Position numbers and translations under genes: made by a program. Source: Candidatus Omnitrophota bacterium (GTDB taxonomy: Bacteria > Omnitrophota > Gorgyraeia > Zapsychrales > Zapsychraceae). Taken from it: a DNA stretch of 64,000 bases. The notes beneath the pieces are model-generated. The model worked only from the letters and a program-made list of their open reading frames with translations. It was not told where the DNA came from and searched no databases. Location: contig JAGOSC010000002.1 of assembly GCA_018062515.1 (NCBI GenBank), positions 20,807-84,806 on the forward strand, read 5' to 3'. The first letter of the stretch is position 1; every line of letters starts with the position of its first letter. Shown piece after piece: positions 28,749 to 36,980 of the stretch.

Positions 28749-30129
28749 AGGATTAAAAGACACGATCGCGGCCATTTCTACTCCAGCAGGGCAAGGAGGC
28801 ATTGGTATCGTTCGTTTAAGCGGACCAGATGCATTGAATATAGCCCAAAAAATGTTTCGTTCCCGACGATCTAATAAACTAACCTCATTTAAAAGTCACA
28901 CGATCCATTACGGTTGGATTGTTTCTCCGGACGAAAAAATTATTGACGAAGTGCTTGTCAGCGTTATGCGAGCTCCAAAAAGTTATACAACGGAGGATGT
29001 CGTCGAGATTAGTTGTCACGGCGGCTTAATATCATTACAGACAATTTTAAATTTGACGCATGATTATGGGGCGAGACTTGCTCAACCCGGAGAATTTACC
29101 AAAAGGGCTTTTTTAAACGGACGCATCGATTTAACACAAGCTGAAGCTGTTCTCGATATTATCCAATCGAAAACGAACGCCTTTCTTAAAGTCAGTGCCA
29201 ATCAATTAAGAGGCGAGTTATCATCGCAGTTGGCGCATATCCGGGAAAAGTTAATGAATATCTATATCGAAATCGAGGCCATTGTTAATTTTCCCGAGGA
29301 TGAAATTGATGCTAAAGGAAGAGACCGCTTGAGTAAAGATATTGAATCGACGAAAGAACTGGTTAATCAATTATTATCGTCGGCGGATCAAGGACGATTG
29401 CTCAAAGAAGGAATTAAAATTGTTTTGTGTGGGAAGCCTAATGTCGGAAAATCGTCGCTGTTAAATATCTTTTTGAAAGTCGAACGGGCTATTGTATCAA
29501 ATATCGCCGGGACAACGCGTGATACTATTGAAGAAACAGCGTCGATTAATGGTTATCCTTTTTTGTTCGTCGATACCGCTGGTATATTGACGCCGAGAGA
29601 TATTATTGAAGAAGAAGCCATTCGACGCAGCCATCTTCATATCGAAGGCGCTGATTTGGTCTTATTATTATTGGACAGTTCTTTGCCGCTTGAAGCAGCT
29701 GATTACGATTTGATTGAGCGTTTTAAAGTACAAAATATGATTATTGTCCTCAATAAATCAGATTTACCGCAACGCATCTCAAAGGAAGAATTAAATAAAG
29801 TTGCGTCGGGAAAATCACTTCAGTCTATATCAGCCTTAAAATCAAAAGACATTGATTCCCTGAAAAGATTGATTATTGAAAATGTCTTAAAAGGAAAAGA
29901 AGCTTCATCTCAAAATCTTCTCGTCAGTAATATGCGGCATATTACGGCGTTGAAAGATGGCTGCCAAGCCTTGGATAGAGCCCAGGAACATTTGAAGAAC
30001 GGATTATCTTTGGAGTTTGTTTCTGAAGAAATCAAGATTGCTGTCAATAATCTCGATGGAATTACCGGAAGAAATATTGATTATGATCTCTTGGATAATA
30101 TTTTTTCTCAGTTTTGTATCGGGAAATAG
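28735..30129 (+). CDS. mnmE: tRNA modification GTPase MnmE
   Basis: G-domain GKPNVGKSSLLN, DTAG, NKSD, and the C-terminal CIGK motif. Confidence 0.85.
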   Translation: MYQYEGLKDTIAAISTPAGQGGIGIVRLSGPDALNIAQKMFRSRRSNKLTSFKSHTIHYGWIVSPDEKIIDEVLVSVMRAPKSYTTEDVVEISCHGGLISLQTILNLTHDYGARLAQPGEFTKRAFLNGRIDLTQAEAVLDIIQSKTNAFLKVSANQLRGELSSQLAHIREKLMNIYIEIEAIVNFPEDEIDAKGRDRLSKDIESTKELVNQLLSSADQGRLLKEGIKIVLCGKPNVGKSSLLNIFLKVERAIVSNIAGTTRDTIEETASINGYPFLFVDTAGILTPRDIIEEEAIRRSHLHIEGADLVLLLLDSSLPLEAADYDLIERFKVQNMIIVLNKSDLPQRISKEELNKVASGKSLQSISALKSKDIDSLKRLIIENVLKGKEASSQNLLVSNMRHITALKDGCQALDRAQEHLKNGLSLEFVSEEIKIAVNNLDGITGRNIDYDLLDNIFSQFCIGK

Positions 30130-30134
30130 ACAAA

Positions 30135-30893
30135 TTATTTTTCAGGCGGGATTGCCTTCGATTTGGGAGGTTTTTGAATGTTGACCCCGCCTGAGCCAGC
30201 ATTAGTACTCATCATTTTCTTCTGTAATTCCATCAATCTTTTGACCATATCGGGATTATTTAACAAAGCCGTCATTTTTGCCATGGCTTCTTTATCACGC
30301 ATTAAACCTTCCATATCTTTTTCCTGGATATATTTTTGAATTTTCGGATCATTGACAATTTTTTTGAATTGATCGTCTTCCAAAATTTTTTTAAATTCTT
30401 CCGAGTCGGCTAACTGTTTCATTTCTTCGGGGGAGCTTGGTAACGTTATTGGATTTTGTTTTAAAAAATAATGGATGAAAGCATAAGTTTTTGTTTTTGA
30501 TAGTTGATCTTGGGTTAAAGCGGCATAAGGTAATCCGGAAGGCATAATCATAATTAATAAAATAAAAATGACAAGCATGCCCCCACTCCAAATCAAACTG
30601 ACGGCCGCTCCGAAAATACGGCTCACCATAGATAAATTTTTTTTCTTAGGCTTTGAAAAGGACCAAATATAAATGATGAGGATCATGGCCCACTGAAGTA
30701 AAAGGGGGCTAAAAAGGCCCAGCAATAATGCAGTAACCGCATTGTTTGTTTTTAGGTAATAGATGTAGCTAAAGATACTTCCTAATATAAGAGAAAGCGG
30801 GCCGAGGAGGCTTCGCAAAAAACCTTTTTCAAATCCCCTAATCAGGAAATAAAGGAATAAAAATACAAAAGCCAGATCAATATAAATATTCAT
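30135..30893 (-). CDS. CvpA-family membrane protein with low-complexity C-terminal tail
   Basis: N-terminal 4-transmembrane region resembling colicin V production protein, plus a Lys/Met-rich C-terminal extension. Confidence 0.55.
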   Translation of the reverse strand: MNIYIDLAFVFLFLYFLIRGFEKGFLRSLLGPLSLILGSIFSYIYYLKTNNAVTALLLGLFSPLLLQWAMILIIYIWSFSKPKKKNLSMVSRIFGAAVSLIWSGGMLVIFILLIMIMPSGLPYAALTQDQLSKTKTYAFIHYFLKQNPITLPSSPEEMKQLADSEEFKKILEDDQFKKIVNDPKIQKYIQEKDMEGLMRDKEAMAKMTALLNNPDMVKRLMELQKKMMSTNAGSGGVNIQKPPKSKAIPPEK

Positions 30894-31135
30894 TGTTTAT
30901 TGAAAGGGTTAGAGTTATGAATAGCAAAATTATTCGAGTATAACATTTCTGATATTTATGTTCAATTCCAATATTTCCGTGATAAAGTAATTTTGTAAAT
31001 CAATGGGGCATATGTTATGCTTTATTACTAGAACGGAATTTATGCAGAGGGTAAACCATCTGAGAAGTTGGGGCACAAAGCTAAAGGGTCTTGGTTGTTT
31101 CGAGATAGCCAGCTGCACGCATAATAATTACGGTT

Positions 31136-31173
31136 AAGCCTATTCTTCTCATAAAAAGAATAGGTTTTTTTTT
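31136..31173 (+). terminator. intrinsic-terminator-like hairpin (9-12-bp stem, 8-nt loop, T9) only 25 nt upstream of the next + strand gene
   Basis: cctattctt [ctcataaa] aagaatagg followed by ttttttttt (31139-31173). No + strand CDS lies upstream of it. Confidence 0.5.
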
Positions 31174-31198
31174 GAACTCATAAAAGGGCAGGAACAGG

Positions 31199-32332
31199 AT
31201 GAATCAGGCGAGAATCGCAATTTTTGTAATCTCCATAATGGCGATACCCGTTTTTGCTTTGGCAGAAACATTGACCATGACAACGTATTATCCTTCCCCT
31301 TTTGGTGTCTATCAATCATTAAGGTTGGCTCCCAACGCTTCAGCGCCAGCTTGCAGCGGTTCGACGACCGGAACGATGTATGTAGATACGTCAAATATAT
31401 TACAATATTGCGATGGAACATCCTATTCAACTATCGGTGAATGGATTTTAAGTGGAACGGATCTTTATCCTCGATCTTATGAGGATGCGAATGTCGGGAT
31501 AGGAACCAACGAACCAGATGCGAAATTGCACATATTTAGTGATACTGACCCAACCGCTATCCGAATACAAACTGGTCTTTTGCCTTCCTGGGAATTACAA
31601 GCTAATGACACAAATCCTCAGAAAGGATTTTCTATTTGGAGTGAATCTGTAGGAACGGTTTTGTCCATTTTACCCGCATCTGGAGGACTGGTTGGTATTC
31701 AAACAACCACACCTTCATCGGCATTGGAAGTGAATGGAGATATTGAATTAGAAGACAATTTGATTTTTAACGGAGTAACTCCAATGATTTCCACAACACA
31801 AGCTGATTTATCTGTAGTCCCGAGCAGTGGCTTTAGCCTTCGGGCCGACCTTAGTGGAAGAGGTCGGTTTTACGTTTATGATGGGGATGTGGGGGATCAT
31901 TTATTAACAGTTGATCAAACGACCAGACGCGTCGGAATCTTGAATGAGGCGCCGACATCGGAATTAGATGTTAATGGGACTGTTACGGCCATCAGCTATT
32001 TGTATGCTTCGGATGCTCGTTTTAAAGAAGATTTTAAACCAGTTTTAGGATTAGACGGCATTATGCAGTTGGAAGGTTTAAGTTATACCTGGAAAGAAAA
32101 TGGCAAACATGATATTGGAATCACCGCCCAGGATGTGGAAAAAGTTTATCCGGAATTGGTGTATACGGATGAAAAGTCCGGTAAAAAATATGTGGAATAC
32201 GGTAATTTAATTGCGCCGATGATCGAGGCCATTAAGGATCAGCAAAAATTAATTGAGTATCAAAACGCAGAAATTGATGCATTAAGGAAAGAATTCCATC
32301 AAATGAAGCATGATATGGATTTTTTGCGTTAA
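31199..32332 (+). CDS. exported tail-fibre-like protein with C-terminal intramolecular-chaperone (peptidase S74) domain
   Basis: Signal peptide; NVGIGTNEPDAKLHI-type tail-fibre repeat; C-terminal SDARFKEDFKPV...LSYTWKE...GITAQDVEKVYPELV pattern of the self-cleaving chaperone of endosialidase/tail-spike. Confidence 0.6.
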   Translation: MNQARIAIFVISIMAIPVFALAETLTMTTYYPSPFGVYQSLRLAPNASAPACSGSTTGTMYVDTSNILQYCDGTSYSTIGEWILSGTDLYPRSYEDANVGIGTNEPDAKLHIFSDTDPTAIRIQTGLLPSWELQANDTNPQKGFSIWSESVGTVLSILPASGGLVGIQTTTPSSALEVNGDIELEDNLIFNGVTPMISTTQADLSVVPSSGFSLRADLSGRGRFYVYDGDVGDHLLTVDQTTRRVGILNEAPTSELDVNGTVTAISYLYASDARFKEDFKPVLGLDGIMQLEGLSYTWKENGKHDIGITAQDVEKVYPELVYTDEKSGKKYVEYGNLIAPMIEAIKDQQKLIEYQNAEIDALRKEFHQMKHDMDFLR

Positions 32333-32349
32333 ATTTTAGGAGAAAAAAG

Positions 32350-33609
32350 ATGATAAAATATCTTTGGGAAAAAACAATCTTCTTCGTCACAATTATATTG
32401 TTTATGTTTGTTTCAACATCATATGCTGGTCAAGAAACGTGTGAGCGAGGAGAGTCTGGGTGTATTTGTTCATATACGAGAGATGGAAGTTATGTTTGTT
32501 ATAAGACAAAGATAGGAGATTCATGTAATCCTCGCGGGACTTTTGGAAGCGATGGTCAGGACGGCGAAATTGGAATCGGAGCTGATACGGGAAATATTGG
32601 GTCTTCTGAAGGATGTTATTGCGATGACGGTCCAACCGGAAAACAAAATTGCCGTACTTACGGAACGGAAACATCGGGATTTTTACTTGCTCAAGAGGCG
32701 GGACAAGGAAAAGTTCCGGCTTTACGAATAAATTTGACCTATACTTCTGACACGGAACCAAATCGCGGTGAGTTAGAATGTTGGGACATTACTAACGAGA
32801 ATCGTGAAGAATATTTTATCCCGACGGCTTCGCAGGAAGAATGGAATACTTTTAAAGCTAAGGTTTTAGAAAATACTGTGTCTGGTGTAACCATGACTAA
32901 GTGTCCGAGTTGCGGAGATCGGATATGTTCTAATCCCGCCACTTATTGGGGATATATTGAAGGTTGCGGTTCTGATGACAGCATGAATCCATCAGTTGAA
33001 ACCGGCGATCCGATGTGCAATACCGATTGTCATGCTTGTCCTATTGTTTGTGGGGACGGCGTTTGTGCCGCCGGAGCGGAAGATTGTACAGGCGGGATTG
33101 GAGATAATCCATGTGCTGATTGCGGAGCGTGTACCTGCGGAGACGCAGATTTCGATTGTACCGGGCAATGCGGTAAGTGTGCCGATTGTTCTCCCTGCTG
33201 TGAGGACGGAGTCTGTGATGCCACTGAAGATAATACAACTTGCGCGGCGGATTGCCCGGCAACAGGTGTATGCACGGGAGCAGTGCCGATTAATTCAATA
33301 TTATGTCCGGGAGATGATACAGGTTTAACAGCAGATGCGCCTAATTCATCAGTCACGGCTTGTACCCCTGGAACCAAATGTGAATATTTATGTAACGCCA
33401 ATACACAATTTGTTGCAGATGAATGCCGATATTGCGCGGTTGCAACAGGAAAAGGTTGCGATACTGGCGGGGGGGATGATTGTAGTCTTTTAGCTGATTG
33501 TTCCCTTAGTGATGGGTGTCCAGTTTTAGGCTATTGTCGTGTAGATTACACCGGTGACTGCAGCGTTTCTCCGTGCGGAGATTTATATGAATGTCAAATT
33601 TGTCTTTAG
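32350..33609 (+). CDS. exported cysteine-rich repeat protein (~60 Cys; CxDGxC / CGxC modules)
   Basis: Signal peptide (cleavage ~SYA/GQ), then Cys, Gly, Asp and Thr make up most residues. Recurrent CGDGVC, CEDGVC, CADCGAC units. Confidence 0.55.
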   Translation: MIKYLWEKTIFFVTIILFMFVSTSYAGQETCERGESGCICSYTRDGSYVCYKTKIGDSCNPRGTFGSDGQDGEIGIGADTGNIGSSEGCYCDDGPTGKQNCRTYGTETSGFLLAQEAGQGKVPALRINLTYTSDTEPNRGELECWDITNENREEYFIPTASQEEWNTFKAKVLENTVSGVTMTKCPSCGDRICSNPATYWGYIEGCGSDDSMNPSVETGDPMCNTDCHACPIVCGDGVCAAGAEDCTGGIGDNPCADCGACTCGDADFDCTGQCGKCADCSPCCEDGVCDATEDNTTCAADCPATGVCTGAVPINSILCPGDDTGLTADAPNSSVTACTPGTKCEYLCNANTQFVADECRYCAVATGKGCDTGGGDDCSLLADCSLSDGCPVLGYCRVDYTGDCSVSPCGDLYECQICL

Positions 33610-33784
33610 TTGCGTCAACTCAGCGGAAGTCATCCATACCATTTCCGCCGGGCTATGGTGATCCTTTAACTGGCCATTTCCTTTATATGATTGTCTGACA
33701 AATGTCATTAGTATTTGTAAAAATATAAATTTTTTCTAAACCATATATTCAAAAATTTTTACCAACATTCCTCAATAACTCTGC

Positions 33785-33813
33785 TTGAACAATAAAAAGT
33801 AATGATATATACT
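33785..33813 (+). promoter_or_regulatory. candidate sigma70 promoter TTGAAC-17-TATACT
   Basis: 33785-33790 TTGAAC, 17-nt spacer, 33808-33813 TATACT, 25 nt upstream of the 33839 start. Confidence 0.4.
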
Positions 33814-33838
33814 ATCACTACTTATAAGGCTCTTATTT

Positions 33839-35077
33839 ATGCGGAGATTCTCCCAAAAAATAAATTTTAAAAAGGGGCAAAGCATTTTCGAATATGCCCT
33901 TTTGATTTTTTTAGCCCTCGCCGGAGTTTATATTCTGACTCCTTTTGTTGTCCGTTCATGGAACGGAAATATTAAAGGTTGGCAAGATTCAATGACCGAC
34001 TCCTACCAAGAACCCATTGGGGCAGCGCCTCCAAGAGCTACTCATATAGATTGTCAATGTTCTTATCAATGTAATAATCCACCTCCGGGCGGAGACGGCC
34101 TTTGTTGTGGGCATGGCACCTGTGAAGAATATCAAAATGCCATGGTATGGACCTGTAATCATGCTGGTTGTCAGGATCCTCCGGGCGGAGAAGTTAATAG
34201 ATACGATTGTAGTGACGAAAACCCAGGATGTTGCACAACACCGGTTAAATTGAAGGTGCCGGATTACTGTGGTGAAACTCCGTGTTTGCCTGAGGAAGTA
34301 CCGGCCGGATATTTTTGTGGAGGGGATCCGCACACGCCACCTAATCCATGGGAAAGATACGTCTGTGAACCTGATCCGAGCTGCGTATATCAATGTGATC
34401 CACAATCCCCCGCGCCATGTGTTTTTCCTTTGCCTTGTGCTACACCGAAGGTAGGATATCATAATGATATTTGCCGAAATGACAATTTAAATTTACCGGG
34501 TCCGGACGATACGTTAATGACCTTCGTTGAAAGAGGCAAATGTAGCAGTCCGTCAGAGTATCCAAAATGTGAATGGGAATGTGAGCTACCGTATCACCCT
34601 GATAGAATGCATACTGAATGTAAATGTCCACCAGGATCTTGGGATCCGCCAGACCCTCCTCCTCCCGCTCCTCCTGTAGTTGAATGTGTCATGGATTGCG
34701 GTGCAGGCGCTTTAGATGGCTCTTGCGATCCAAGGACGCCCGGTCTGGGCGAACCAACCCGCTGTGAAGATTTAACATCGTTTCAAGCTTGTCAAGCCTA
34801 TAGAGGCGTATGTTCTTGGGACTCTTCAGCAAGTCCTGCAACATGTGAAACAGTCCTGACTTGTTCGGATTTGCGAACAAATGTGACATTAACACAGCCT
34901 GACCCGGCAATTTACGCTCAATTTACCCGTTGTGATTCTATTCCATGGTGTGGGTGGACCGGTCCAGGTGGCGGATACTGTTGTCCAGCGGTTTTATCAG
35001 TCGATTGTCCTACTGGTGAGGCGCAAAAAGGATCATGCCCGGCAGGTGAAGTTGTGAGATGTTGTGAAGAGCTCTAG
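33839..35077 (+). CDS. Flp/TadE-type (class III leader) protein with large Cys/Pro-rich extracellular domain
   Basis: N-terminus KKGQSIFEYALLIFLALAGV fits the G/XXXXEY prepilin-peptidase motif followed by a hydrophobic helix. The remaining ~370 aa has ~50 Cys and PP(P) runs. Confidence 0.55.
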   Translation: MRRFSQKINFKKGQSIFEYALLIFLALAGVYILTPFVVRSWNGNIKGWQDSMTDSYQEPIGAAPPRATHIDCQCSYQCNNPPPGGDGLCCGHGTCEEYQNAMVWTCNHAGCQDPPGGEVNRYDCSDENPGCCTTPVKLKVPDYCGETPCLPEEVPAGYFCGGDPHTPPNPWERYVCEPDPSCVYQCDPQSPAPCVFPLPCATPKVGYHNDICRNDNLNLPGPDDTLMTFVERGKCSSPSEYPKCEWECELPYHPDRMHTECKCPPGSWDPPDPPPPAPPVVECVMDCGAGALDGSCDPRTPGLGEPTRCEDLTSFQACQAYRGVCSWDSSASPATCETVLTCSDLRTNVTLTQPDPAIYAQFTRCDSIPWCGWTGPGGGYCCPAVLSVDCPTGEAQKGSCPAGEVVRCCEEL

Positions 35078-35118
35078 TTCATTAATCTGTTATATTAAAT
35101 TTTATGGGGAGGCTAATT

Positions 35119-35535
35119 ATGGCCGTTAGGAATTTTAAAATCCTATTTCTTCTTTTTCTCGTAACAAATATTCTTATTGTGGGTTTAAATTTTTTGAACA
35201 TAAACTCTAAAGAAGAAGTTGACGCCCAATGTATAAAAGTTTTACAAGGATATCCACCAATTGAGAATATAGATGCCTGGGATAGTAGTGGGGCTTGCGA
35301 TTCACGAGCTGGATGGGACTCCTCTAAAAAATATTCTTTATGCGTTTTATCCAAAGTGGAACATCAGGATGATAGTGGTGATGATTGTAGTGAAGACACT
35401 GGAAATTTTAGTAGATGTGAACTTTCGAGAATTGGGCCGCTTAGTTCAGATGGTAGAGATTTTTGGCATATACAGGCCTCACGACATCCTGCGTGCAATA
35501 GTTGTATACGATGCCAGGCATTATGTATAAACTAA
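35119..35535 (+). CDS. small exported Cys-protein, paralog 1 of 3
   Basis: GGGGAGG Shine-Dalgarno sequence 6 nt before the ATG at 35119. Hydrophobic N-segment, then EVDAQC, HQDD, and a C-terminal CIRCQALC. Confidence 0.5.
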   Translation: MAVRNFKILFLLFLVTNILIVGLNFLNINSKEEVDAQCIKVLQGYPPIENIDAWDSSGACDSRAGWDSSKKYSLCVLSKVEHQDDSGDDCSEDTGNFSRCELSRIGPLSSDGRDFWHIQASRHPACNSCIRCQALCIN

Positions 35536-35559
35536 ATATTTTCTATTAGGAGATTTGCT

Positions 35560-35934
35560 ATGACCGTCAACAACATTAAAACACCAATGATTCTTTTTTT
35601 TCTATTTAATATTCTTGTATTAGCCTTTAATTTCTTTATTAGTCAATCCAGCGATAAAGTTAACGCTCAACCGGTATGTGAGCAAGTTTTAACCCATTTA
35701 TCTGAGGGATTGAGTACATGTTTCCAGAAAAACGCGAGTTGTGGCCTTCAAACAGATATAACAACTGGGAGTCCGGCCTTTTGTTTTTTGACAAGAGTGT
35801 ATCAACAGGATTCTGCTAGGGATGATCTGTCGTCTTGTTTGCTGCAAAAGCGGACTCAGGATAATGAATGGCAATTGGACTCAATAGCAAACAATAATAA
35901 TAGGGTTGCATGCGAGGCTCAGTGCATAAAATAA
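35560..35934 (+). CDS. small exported Cys-protein, paralog 2 of 3
   Basis: AGGAG Shine-Dalgarno sequence. Same architecture: hydrophobic N-segment, KVNAQPVC, QQDSARDD, C-terminal CEAQC. Confidence 0.5.
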   Translation: MTVNNIKTPMILFFLFNILVLAFNFFISQSSDKVNAQPVCEQVLTHLSEGLSTCFQKNASCGLQTDITTGSPAFCFLTRVYQQDSARDDLSSCLLQKRTQDNEWQLDSIANNNNRVACEAQCIK

Positions 35935-35960
35935 AAATTTGAAATATGAAGGAAGTTAAT

Positions 35961-36344
35961 ATGTCTATCAAAAATAGAAAAAAATTATACATATTCTTTT
36001 TGGTATTTAATATTTTTATAGTTAGCCTGAATTTTTTCTTAATAAGATCAAAAGATGAGGTTAACGCGCAATGTATGTCGCCAATTCTGGGAATTCCAAC
36101 ACAAACTCTAGAGGCCACGCAAGGTAATACTTGTGCTTCAACTGGGGATCAGCATTCAACACTGCCTGCGACGTTGTGTTATCTGACTTTAGTAGAACAT
36201 CAGGATGATAAAACTCGGACGGACAATTTGGCTGAATGTCATGTTTATCAGAACGGAGACCATTGGACTTTACATGCAGGGGGTCCATCATCGGGAAATG
36301 GTACAGAGACTTGTATAAGATGTAAAGCGGAATGTATGAGGTAG
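35961..36344 (+). CDS. small exported Cys-protein, paralog 3 of 3
   Basis: GAAGGAAG before the ATG at 35961. Hydrophobic N-segment, EVNAQC, VEHQDD, C-terminal CIRCKAEC. Confidence 0.5.
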   Translation: MSIKNRKKLYIFFLVFNIFIVSLNFFLIRSKDEVNAQCMSPILGIPTQTLEATQGNTCASTGDQHSTLPATLCYLTLVEHQDDKTRTDNLAECHVYQNGDHWTLHAGGPSSGNGTETCIRCKAECMR

Positions 36345-36486
36345 AATCATCGAAATGTTGATTAAATATTTGATACAATTTTTAAAGGGAGATCATTGAT
36401 TTTTTAAAAATAAACTAAAATTTTCATCATAACAAAAAAATACTGATGATTTTTGTCAATATTTTCAATATATTTTCATTTCGCTA

Positions 36487-36515
36487 TTGAAATTTATTAA
36501 ATTGTGTTTTATATT
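36487..36515 (+). promoter_or_regulatory. candidate promoter TTGAAA-17-TATATT in a 300-nt AT-rich spacer
   Basis: 36487-36492 TTGAAA, 17-nt spacer, 36510-36515 TATATT, ~130 nt upstream of the first PilZ gene. Confidence 0.3.
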
Positions 36516-36646
36516 TGTCTTGTAAATTAATATTTCCACTTAGTCACTCCCCAAAACTTAAGATTACAAATTTTAGAAAATGATTGATAATTGCGTTAAC
36601 CTTGTTAAACTGAACACAAGGTAACCAACTTATACAGATTTTTACT

Positions 36647-36973
36647 ATGAATAGAGAATTAAACAAACGAAAAAATAAGAGACTGAATTGCGAAGTCCCT
36701 GTAGAAAGTAAAGAGGGGGCTATTTTTGATGCGAGCAGTGTCGTCGATATCAGTCAAGGCGGTTTAGGATTTGTTTCTGCCCGCCGTATTCCTGTCAATA
36801 AACGAATTCCCATTGAAATTGATTTAAAAGAAGATGATGATTCTGTTCTGGTGATCGGCCGCGTTTTATATTCCAAATTAATTTCAGGTTCGTCAAATTA
36901 CCGTATCGGTGTCACATTTGAAAATGTGATGCGCGGTTCTAAAGTACGTCTCCAGCAATATTTTCATAAATAA
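36647..36973 (+). CDS. single-domain PilZ protein
   Basis: RKNKR (RxxxR) and DISQGG (DxSxGG) motifs; 108 aa. Confidence 0.6.
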   Translation: MNRELNKRKNKRLNCEVPVESKEGAIFDASSVVDISQGGLGFVSARRIPVNKRIPIEIDLKEDDDSVLVIGRVLYSKLISGSSNYRIGVTFENVMRGSKVRLQQYFHK

Positions 36974-36980
36974 TATATCT

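Noticed and set aside
30940-31135. tmRNA / RNase P / SRP RNA identity for the non-coding segment before the 31139 hairpin
   Set aside because: None of the conserved 5' GGGG...tag-peptide, P4 or SRP domain IV signatures are visible. Only the generic terminator is supported.
33030-33401. Minus-strand ORFs of 123 and 73 aa (33030-33401, 33041-33262) and a + strand 110-aa ORF (32996-33328) inside the Cys-rich gene
   Set aside because: They lie entirely within the strongly supported 32350-33609 CDS. They arise from the GC-rich, repeat-like codon composition of that gene and have no start context of their own.
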